From: a virus
Taxonomy: Duplodnaviria > Caudoviricetes
Direction: 5' to 3' (one strand)
Length of the DNA: 64,000 bases
IMG/VR virus record: IMGVR_UViG_3300032007_000028
The translations under genes were made by a program, and so were the position numbers. Numbering within the stretch: the first letter of the stretch is position 1; every line of letters begins with the position of its first letter. Of this stretch, positions 57,081-64,000 are shown piece by piece. Below the pieces are notes generated by a model that saw only the letters and a list, made by a program, of their open reading frames with translations, ran no database searches and had not been told where the DNA came from.

Positions 57081-57545
57081 CTAGTCAAGCAAAGCTAAAG
57101 TTGTATCACTAAATGGAATGATGATATCGTCTGTCTGTTCTGTTCCATGACCACTTAAGTACCTGTTATGACCATCATAAAGTGTTAAGCCTATACTTGG
57201 TCTATAGTGAAGACCATAGCCACCTTTAAAAGGCGAGCCACCAGCATTAGTTCCGCTTGCAAATCTAAGCATTAAGCATTCATATGGAGTGCCAGTATCC
57301 GGTACAAAAGCATTACCCCATGTATAGTTACCGGTGCCATCGTCATTGTAAAGCTGAATAGTTACTGTAACGTCAAAAGTTTGAATTGTAACTTTAGGTA
57401 TACTTGACCCACCGCTTGCGCTCAATTGCCCTGCGCTACTTAAAGATAGACCGCTGCCTACCGATTTGATGTTCGCCATGCCCTCGACTTTATCGAGGTC
57501 GGCTTGAACTTGTGCTCCAGTTTGAGTTAATGTTGTGTTTGCCAT
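57081..57545 (-). CDS. LTQTGAQVQADL tag + variable domain protein
   Basis: N-terminal ~45 aa shared with 58372 and 59258. Confidence 0.7.
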   Translation of the reverse strand: MANTTLTQTGAQVQADLDKVEGMANIKSVGSGLSLSSAGQLSASGGSSIPKVTIQTFDVTVTIQLYNDDGTGNYTWGNAFVPDTGTPYECLMLRFASGTNAGGSPFKGGYGLHYRPSIGLTLYDGHNRYLSGHGTEQTDDIIIPFSDTTLALLD

Positions 57546-57565
57546 AAATTATTTTCTCCTTTATG

Positions 57566-58369
57566 TTAATTGTTTGAACCGCCGCCAGGTATACCGGCAC
57601 CAATATACGCATAGTCTTCGACTATCGTGTCTGAAGCATAGACGCCGCCTGCATTTTTCATCACATAACTGCCACTATCATACATCGTAACTGGTTTTAT
57701 GATGTAATTGAACGGCAAAGATGCGATATAGGAACCATTTACGCGCCACGTGGAATTGGTGTTATACTCACTATCGCACCATTCTCCCCACGTCATGCCT
57801 TCTTCTGCTTGATATGAGGTTCCTTGAATGGTGAACGAAATCAAAGTGACTTCCGTCGTTATCAGATAGCCGCCACCGCTGACGAGCAACGCACCATCTT
57901 GAGCGAGCAATGCGTTCTCTGGCGTCGGTTCTGTTTCCTTCTCCCACACAAGCGAGTTTCCAAGATATATCTTCTTCGCCTGTAGCAGACCAAAATACAC
58001 GTTGGAGATTGGCAGACTACCTATTGAGAACGTATTGGTTTCGGTCGGTTCTGGCTCTACCTGTTGAACAGCATTCGCTTGAAGCCACGCGATTAAATTG
58101 GCGTTCGTGGCGTCGGTGCCACCTGTGATTTCGATGGACATAAACGGACTGTCATACCAAACGCCGTTTTCATACGCAATGGCTATGCTGTTATAGTACA
58201 TAGTGAAATAACCGTCATAATCTGTTAACATGATTCCACTGCCGGGTGACAGTGGGTCTCCAGTCATATAAAAATCAAAGTTAAATAGATGAGAGTCGCC
58301 TTGCAATGGCGACATGCTTATCTGGTTATTGAATACCCATTTCGTTCCCGTCAAATCGGTTACAGCCAT
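57566..58369 (-). CDS. Mosaic virion-type protein
   Basis: AKKIYLGNSLVW tag like 42154; ISFTI..YQAEEGMTWGEW module. Confidence 0.65.
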   Translation of the reverse strand: MAVTDLTGTKWVFNNQISMSPLQGDSHLFNFDFYMTGDPLSPGSGIMLTDYDGYFTMYYNSIAIAYENGVWYDSPFMSIEITGGTDATNANLIAWLQANAVQQVEPEPTETNTFSIGSLPISNVYFGLLQAKKIYLGNSLVWEKETEPTPENALLAQDGALLVSGGGYLITTEVTLISFTIQGTSYQAEEGMTWGEWCDSEYNTNSTWRVNGSYIASLPFNYIIKPVTMYDSGSYVMKNAGGVYASDTIVEDYAYIGAGIPGGGSNN

Positions 58370-58371
58370 AA

Positions 58372-59196
58372 TCAGTTGCTCCCAGTGATGATGTAGAGAT
58401 AACCATCGTATCTAGTAGCTGGCTCTGATGATAGAACGACTACTTTAAGACCGCCGCTTGTATTGGCGGATGTTGGGGCGGATGTGTCATATAGAACTGT
58501 ATCTGCGAAGCCCGCAGTGATGGCACGTTGAGGATAAGCACTATCTAATCCTGCAACTTTCGTTGATTTATTTACAAGAATTTTATGAAAATCAATATTG
58601 TCACTATTTTCACTATAAGGAAATATAAAGGTTAGATATTCAGTATCATTATCGTCGATATATGTTCCATTATAATCCGCAACCACGATAGACATGCCCA
58701 AAGCAGAGCCGTCAAATATGACCGACTGACCGTTCATTGTCGTGTATTGCTCGTTCGTCAACTGAATTTGAAGGGGGTTTTGCGAAATCACCTGCGATGT
58801 GGCGATTGTGACTTTAGGAAGACTGTCTCCCCCACCAAGGCTATAATAATTGCTTCCGTTTTTTAGAGTCGTCAAAGTCGTCGTGGTCGTACCAGAGGGA
58901 ATCGTGGGATTGAATGTGAGAGCGTCCTGCTTTGATGCGAGTTGAGAAGAGGTAGCGAAAGTGGTGCCTTTGCTTAGACTAATCTTTCTGGTGCTGGCGC
59001 TATAGCTCGCTGAGGTAACCGCGTTACCACTGCCAGTCACTTCGATGCTCGTCGCTCCCGTATCGGTCGCGGATAGCTCACCACCAGAAGATAGTGATAA
59101 ATTACTCCCTATAGATTTTACATTCGCAAGACCTTCGACTTTATCCAAATCCGCTTGCATTTGCGTGCCTGTTTGTGTTAGTTTGAACGTAGACAT
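58372..59196 (-). CDS. LTQTG tag + fibre domains
   Basis: Shared tag; C-terminal APTSAN.GGLKVVVLSSEPATRYDGYLY. Confidence 0.7.
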   Translation of the reverse strand: MSTFKLTQTGTQMQADLDKVEGLANVKSIGSNLSLSSGGELSATDTGATSIEVTGSGNAVTSASYSASTRKISLSKGTTFATSSQLASKQDALTFNPTIPSGTTTTTLTTLKNGSNYYSLGGGDSLPKVTIATSQVISQNPLQIQLTNEQYTTMNGQSVIFDGSALGMSIVVADYNGTYIDDNDTEYLTFIFPYSENSDNIDFHKILVNKSTKVAGLDSAYPQRAITAGFADTVLYDTSAPTSANTSGGLKVVVLSSEPATRYDGYLYIITGSN

Positions 59197-59257
59197 ATTT
59201 GTATCTCCTTTGATTGTTTATATAATGAATTTAACGTGTGTTATTCGAAGATGGCTA

Positions 59258-59806
59258 TTATTCAGTACCATTATCGAAATAATATATATGTAAGTCTTTT
59301 CCCACTGACGTTCCTATTAGATTGAACATAGAAACGCTAATATAATCTCCATTAACTTCAGATTTATTTTTGAATACTACTATAGGTTGTACAGAATTAC
59401 CAGTGCTGACAAAAGGAAGATAATCATCACTAGAAGAACCTGTTCCATAAAGAATTGTAACGCCTTTAATGATACTAGAAGTTTGTTTAAATTCAAATCT
59501 AAATGGACCAGTAGTATCTAATTTTTTAACTACTGCTGTTGGTCCAGGTTCGTACATAGACCAGTTATTAGCAGTAGTTCCGTCAGCATATTTTAAGATA
59601 AAATTATTGCTAGTGGCGTATGTTGCTTCTAAATGAAGATATACTGTACCGAAGCTTAATCCCCCACCCCCTCCACTCGATGATAACTCACCAGACGATG
59701 AGAGCGTAAGACCGCTTCCTACGGTCTTTATTTCTGCAAGACTTTCTACTTTATTTAAGTCTGCTTGAACCTGAGCGCCAGTTTGCGTTAATTGAAAATT
59801 GGCCAT
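59258..59806 (-). CDS. LTQTGAQVQADL tag + AT-rich variable domain
   Basis: Shared tag, poly-Gly hinge, GGAGG SD. Confidence 0.7.
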   Translation of the reverse strand: MANFQLTQTGAQVQADLNKVESLAEIKTVGSGLTLSSSGELSSSGGGGGLSFGTVYLHLEATYATSNNFILKYADGTTANNWSMYEPGPTAVVKKLDTTGPFRFEFKQTSSIIKGVTILYGTGSSSDDYLPFVSTGNSVQPIVVFKNKSEVNGDYISVSMFNLIGTSVGKDLHIYYFDNGTE

Positions 59807-59821
59807 TATTCTATACCTCCC

Positions 59822-62551
59822 TTATGATACAGCTATTATTTGGTCATTCGCATCCGTTATGATGTTTCCCTGCGAGTCTTGAACCTTCGTCGAGAACAAT
59901 GCCCTTATTTCTTCTTCCGTCGCCGTTTCGTAGGAACCACCACCTTCGCCTTCGTTTATTATCGTATATACGTTGCCATTTGCGTTCATATACACGTTCG
60001 TCTCATATGGCAGATTTCTGTCCGAAATGGTAATCGTCTTTCTGCTGGACGACGTGCCAAGTACACCCAAATGGATGTGGATATTCTGCAAATAATTGGA
60101 AGCAGTCGCCGAAGTGTCGGTGGAATTGACGTATAGATATTGGCACCCGCTGTCCATGACGATGTCCCTACAATAACCTATCGTCGATGACGAATTGCCG
60201 AACGTGACGTAGCGACACTCGTTTCCGAATACATTGGATACGCAGAATCTTCCAAACGAGTTGTAGGCGCAATTGTTGTCGAACACATTATACCAGAAAT
60301 AATCTACGGATACGTTGTGATGATAGCTATATCCAAATATGTTATTGGAGCAATTGCTTCCAAACGTATTTGAGTAACAGTTGTCATTAAATGCGTTATG
60401 AATGAAACTGTTTCCAAACGTATTGGAGTAGCAACCATCTCCAAACGTGTTGTTGGCGCAACTATTTCCAAACGTATTGCTGTAACAACCGTCTCCAAAC
60501 ACGTTATTGGCACAGCCGTTCCCAAACGTATCGAGATAGCAATTGTATCCAAGCGTGTTTGAGTAACACCCGAAAGAAGTATCTGTCGAATAGAATACGT
60601 TGGAATTAAGCGGTTGTTTGCTCGTACTGATATTGATATAGGCTCTTATTACGTTGTTATAGCATAGTTTGCTTATGCCTAATAATGAAGCGTCTTTGAT
60701 TACGCTGTCTTCTGTGTAACTGAATGTATACGCATTTGTGTATTTTCCTGAAACCGTGAACAATATGTTCTTGAAATCGTAAGGGCAATCGTTATTAAAC
60801 TCGTCTATCATTCTATAGACGACGCCTTTACCATTGGATGAGCCGGCCCATGTGAATCTATTCGTGTCATTGTCTATGCAATAGTTTAATTTCCAAGCAC
60901 TTAAATTACTGTTTGCGAAATAAGTGTCTCCCGTATGTTGAACTGCATATGCGTTTTCATCGAGTTTATTAGCACCATTAGCTTTCACGATGATGTCGAA
61001 TTGATGACCAGCGGACGACGTATTCGATTGACTCGTCGTAGTGACGTAGTCCGTAATTCTATACCAAGTACCTGGAACTAATTGGGAATTGTCTCTTAAT
61101 GTTTTTAATTCAGAGTAAGTCTTTTCGACCAAAGACTCTGAAACATTGGGCTTATTTAATAAATCGTTATAGTTGCCTGTCTTGGCTATCTTATGCAGAG
61201 TAATCTTTCCGCTTCCGGCAATCGCTTCGTTGGCGTTCGTTGATTGCGCAGTGGTTGCTGTCGTATCTAACGTTTTGATTGATTGGTGAGAGGCACTTAT
61301 GGTAATCTTATCGTTAGTTGCATCGCCCGTAACAGAAACAATACCACTGCCTTCAAAATTAACAACAGCGTCCGCGCCAAAAGCAGTGCCATTTCCTTTT
61401 ATCGTTTGATTATGGTCCGCCTTGCCCACGATATCGGCGACCGTTATCGAATTCGTTCCGTCCTTGAGCGAGCCGGACAAATACAAATCGCGCCATTTGT
61501 TGGCGGAGATGCCCAAATCGAGAGAACTTCCGCTGGGGATGAAATGCTTCATCGAATACACATAGGAATTCGAAAGCATGAGGTTGTCCGATTGGAACCC
61601 AATCTTGGCGTTGTATCCGTTGCCGTCCGGTTTGACGTAGAAGTAGTTGGACGTGCTTTCGGTGGCCTTCGCCCTGAGCGTTTGGCCGATGAACGTCTTG
61701 TTGCCAGTTATCGTCTGAGCTGTGTCAGTTGTAACGTGATTCGTAGGCAAATCGTTTGACGTTATAAAATCACTATCATTAGTAAGGTCGCTTGTCTTTG
61801 TGGGAATGGATGCGACGTTCGTCTTCTCATACGCCCATGTTGCTGAAGATGCGCCAAGCGTTACCGTAAGTCGACCTTTCTTCAGAGTGCCATTATCGTT
61901 CTCAAGCGCGGGCGATTCGAAGGTCAATGTAGTGACTGTTGCCGACGCGAGGTTCATGAATTCGCTGTCGTGCTTTACGCCACCGCGTAAGGACATCGCC
62001 AAAACCGTGGCTATATTGTCTATGGAGCCAGATGTTCCACTCAATACAATCATATTGTCGTTCTTTGAGCGAATTAAATTGAAACTTTTGGACACCGCCT
62101 CGTAATAGAACGTGATTTCGTCGGTATTACCATTGCCATCGACGCTTGAGTAAGTCGCGCAATAGACGTTCATTTGCGACGGGTCTGTGCTCATCAAATC
62201 GTATTTGCCGAGCGTGGCGACATACATCTTCTCATTGTCGACTGTGACGTAGATTTTAATGTAGTCCGAAGTTATGGAAGCTGGCGCTGACGCCAAAGTT
62301 GAGGAAGCGTATAATGCTTGGTCTGCGAATACAGCAAACAATCCTTCCAGCTCTGCTTGAGATGCCTCTATTTCGACGGCGGCGGACGGCAAGTCATCAG
62401 TCAACGCTATCGTAGAGTTCTTTGTTAAATTGGGCAAAACGGCCTCATAGCCGTTCTTCTGAAGTCGTTCTGGTATGATTTCGTATGTCTGACTGCCTTC
62501 TACGTCTCCAGGCAGTTTAATCTTTTTTATCTTCTTATCGGGTAAAGCCAT
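59822..62551 (-). CDS. Long tail fibre with beta-helix repeat module
   Basis: IPTKTSDLTNDS, AQTITGNKTF, KTGNYNDLLNKP motifs and NTFG repeats. Confidence 0.75.
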   Translation of the reverse strand: MALPDKKIKKIKLPGDVEGSQTYEIIPERLQKNGYEAVLPNLTKNSTIALTDDLPSAAVEIEASQAELEGLFAVFADQALYASSTLASAPASITSDYIKIYVTVDNEKMYVATLGKYDLMSTDPSQMNVYCATYSSVDGNGNTDEITFYYEAVSKSFNLIRSKNDNMIVLSGTSGSIDNIATVLAMSLRGGVKHDSEFMNLASATVTTLTFESPALENDNGTLKKGRLTVTLGASSATWAYEKTNVASIPTKTSDLTNDSDFITSNDLPTNHVTTDTAQTITGNKTFIGQTLRAKATESTSNYFYVKPDGNGYNAKIGFQSDNLMLSNSYVYSMKHFIPSGSSLDLGISANKWRDLYLSGSLKDGTNSITVADIVGKADHNQTIKGNGTAFGADAVVNFEGSGIVSVTGDATNDKITISASHQSIKTLDTTATTAQSTNANEAIAGSGKITLHKIAKTGNYNDLLNKPNVSESLVEKTYSELKTLRDNSQLVPGTWYRITDYVTTTSQSNTSSAGHQFDIIVKANGANKLDENAYAVQHTGDTYFANSNLSAWKLNYCIDNDTNRFTWAGSSNGKGVVYRMIDEFNNDCPYDFKNILFTVSGKYTNAYTFSYTEDSVIKDASLLGISKLCYNNVIRAYINISTSKQPLNSNVFYSTDTSFGCYSNTLGYNCYLDTFGNGCANNVFGDGCYSNTFGNSCANNTFGDGCYSNTFGNSFIHNAFNDNCYSNTFGSNCSNNIFGYSYHHNVSVDYFWYNVFDNNCAYNSFGRFCVSNVFGNECRYVTFGNSSSTIGYCRDIVMDSGCQYLYVNSTDTSATASNYLQNIHIHLGVLGTSSSRKTITISDRNLPYETNVYMNANGNVYTIINEGEGGGSYETATEEEIRALFSTKVQDSQGNIITDANDQIIAVS

Positions 62552-62561
62552 ATCAAGCACC

Positions 62562-62768
62562 TCACAGCACCAACGTGTCGTCCACCACTTCCCTGTTGCT
62601 TAGAAAAGGCAACTCGCACACTTTGTGAACACCGTCGCCTATCTTGATTCTGGGAGATTCGTCCTCGCACTCGAAAACGAGTATGGTGAACTTATCGGGA
62701 ACGTAGTTTACGGCCTTGTTCCAGTTCTCCCACGTGTCGACCTTAATCGTCGCTGTGGACTTCGTCAT
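62562..62768 (-). CDS. Stand-alone Mtd_N / hyaluronidase N-terminal-like domain
   Basis: DTWENW..P..IKIGDGVHKVCELPF. Confidence 0.6.
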   Translation of the reverse strand: MTKSTATIKVDTWENWNKAVNYVPDKFTILVFECEDESPRIKIGDGVHKVCELPFLSNREVVDDTLVL

Positions 62769-62837
62769 ATGTGCTTGTCCCCCGTCTTTTCAGGAAGTGA
62801 TAAACTCAACCATCTTTTCAGGTCGTTTCTATCAAGT

Positions 62838-62846
62838 AATTTAGCG
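62838..62846 (-). promoter_or_regulatory. Putative late promoter CGCTAAATT
   Basis: After terminator, upstream of the fibre operon. Confidence 0.65.
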
Positions 62847-62901
62847 CAGAACAAAAAAGCCTCAGTAGTTAATACTGAGGCGTAGAGGATGAAGGATGAG
62901 A

Positions 62902-63420
62902 TTAGAGAGCAGTGACTGTGTCTGTAAATACAAATGTTGATTTTGAAGACCAACTAGATAATGCATCCTCAAAAATTGGCGAATTGTCTTCATTAACAGC
63001 GCCAAAGTAATTTGTATATATGGCTATGCTGTGACCAGTTTCAACATTAGGTCCTGTCTGTTTAATATTTGCGATAAACATTTGCGTATTAGCTATTGTC
63101 AAATGAGAAAATGCATTGTAAACAATAGACTCAGCATTAGAAAGAACGCTTTTTAAATCACCATATGTAGTAAGTTGAACACTGCTAGTTGAAGTCCAAT
63201 AAATATGAAAAGGAGTCTGAGATTCTTCATTTTCATATATATTTATTGTATGAAGATATAACTGTGTTCCTCCGCCACCAGCTTCTCCAAGTTCGTAGCC
63301 GCCAGCGTCGGCGACCTTGAGCACCTTACCCGCATCAGCGACATCGGCCTCCGGAATACGAGCATCTCTTATCTCGTACTCAACGTCATTCTTTTTTACT
63401 TTGTTAACGAATTCTGCCAT
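62902..63420 (-). CDS. Fibre/adhesin-like protein, FVNKVKK..DARIP tag family (copy C)
   Basis: First ~50 aa nearly identical to 22356 ORF. Confidence 0.7.
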   Translation of the reverse strand: MAEFVNKVKKNDVEYEIRDARIPEADVADAGKVLKVADAGGYELGEAGGGGTQLYLHTINIYENEESQTPFHIYWTSTSSVQLTTYGDLKSVLSNAESIVYNAFSHLTIANTQMFIANIKQTGPNVETGHSIAIYTNYFGAVNEDNSPIFEDALSSWSSKSTFVFTDTVTAL

Positions 63421-63428
63421 CTATTAAA

Positions 63429-63544
63429 ATCCTCCGTAAGCGTTAATGGCAAACGTAGAGGATATATGCATGAGAGAGTCGCTCCCCCCCCCTCCCTCGT
63501 AAAACGAGAGGGAACACAACCTCGAACGTTCGTTAAATTTAGCA
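63429..63544 (-). promoter_or_regulatory. Late promoter + G9-tract hairpin + SD-occluding hairpin leader (copy C)
   Basis: C9 at 63484-63492; ATCCTCT..GGAGGAT stem. Confidence 0.65.
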
Positions 63545-63591
63545 AACAAAAAGGTCTCACGATGGAGACCTCTTGTCTTTCTGATTGTGAC

Positions 63592-64000
63592 TTATTGGAC
63601 TTCGACGTCGGGAGTTCCGTAGACAGCGACGTTGACTTTGTCGTTCGTACCAACCGTGATGGACTGAGCGGCCGCTGTACCAGTACCAATACCCGTAACG
63701 GCGGATGCGGTAGTTGCTGTGCCAAGACCAGTCATGATTGTCGCGCCCACAGCGTCTGTAGAATCGAGAGAACCAGTCGCGACTGTCGTAGCATTAGACG
63801 CGCTCGTTGCGGCCGTAGTGGACTTGGTGACGACTTTGGACGTCGTGACTTCTGTGTTGCTCGTGACGACTGGGACCGTAACGTCGGTGTTCGTCTTGAC
63901 CGATGCGACGGTCACGGGTGTATTGCTCGTGACGACCGGAACAGTGACGTCAGTGAACGTATACGGTGTGATGCTTTGCGAGCCGTTGATGCCGGTGACG
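63592..64000 (-). CDS. Thr/Val-rich fibre-like structural protein, 3' end only
   Basis: TDVTVPVVTSNT repeats; start lies beyond window; terminator at about 63548-63577. Confidence 0.65.
   Translation of the reverse strand, partial: VTGINGSQSITPYTFTDVTVPVVTSNTPVTVASVKTNTDVTVPVVTSNTEVTTSKVVTKSTTAATSASNATTVATGSLDSTDAVGATIMTGLGTATTASAVTGIGTGTAAAQSITVGTNDKVNVAVYGTPDVEVQ

Noticed and set aside
59661-59674. C-rich run as a fourth phase-variable tract
   Set aside because: Interrupted run encoding the poly-Gly hinge.
551-62885. Numerous plus-strand ORFs in the track (e.g. 873-1409, 19113-19745, 25182-26135, 26325-27002)
   Set aside because: Antisense shadows of well-supported minus-strand genes; no SD, no motifs. 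Only 21007 and 21210 have promoter and SD.
1-64000. Complete DGR, retron or invertase shufflon
   Set aside because: No reverse transcriptase, recombinase or template repeat recognised in the window.
1-64000. Stop-codon reassignment
   Set aside because: Genes are full length in code 11 and TAA, TAG and TGA all end genes; the one apparent break (capsid) is an intron.
1-64000. tRNA or rRNA genes
   Set aside because: No cloverleaf with T-loop and acceptor stem recognised by eye; tRNAscan not run.

Overview
64 kb of a large tailed-phage genome (Caudoviricetes with a T4-type head module; host probably a low-GC Bacillota/Mollicutes-like organism, inferred only from GGAGG SD sites and TTGACA/TATAAT promoters). 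Almost all genes are on the minus strand. In transcription order (right to left): (i) 40-64 kb, many tail-fibre/adhesin-like genes built from short shared N-terminal tags plus variable cargo (Kelch, BspA-LRR, beta-helix, Hint), with a GT2, a lipase, holin-like genes and an intein-bearing polyprotein; (ii) 34.6-39.5 kb, small early genes with sigma70 promoters; (iii) terminase, portal, prohead protease/scaffold and a major capsid gene split by a group I intron with a homing endonuclease; (iv) DUF559-like nuclease, Mom-like enzyme, tagD and an NTP-transferase/GT fusion; (v) 5-19 kb, very large multidomain (polyvalent-like) proteins whose modules are separated by L/I-x-E linkers; (vi) a ~780-nt structured ncRNA, a gp13-like neck gene and a truncated polyprotein. 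Most novel candidates: a three-copy leader (late promoter, hairpin with a G9-11 tract, then an SD-occluding hairpin) in front of dispersed paralogous fibre-like genes; two promoter-antitoxin-PemK-like cassettes sitting in-frame inside the polyprotein locus, with a nucleotidyltransferase split over two ORFs; and a phage-specific late promoter (T/C)GCTAAATT in about 15 copies. All protein family calls are by eye from motifs; no database search was run.
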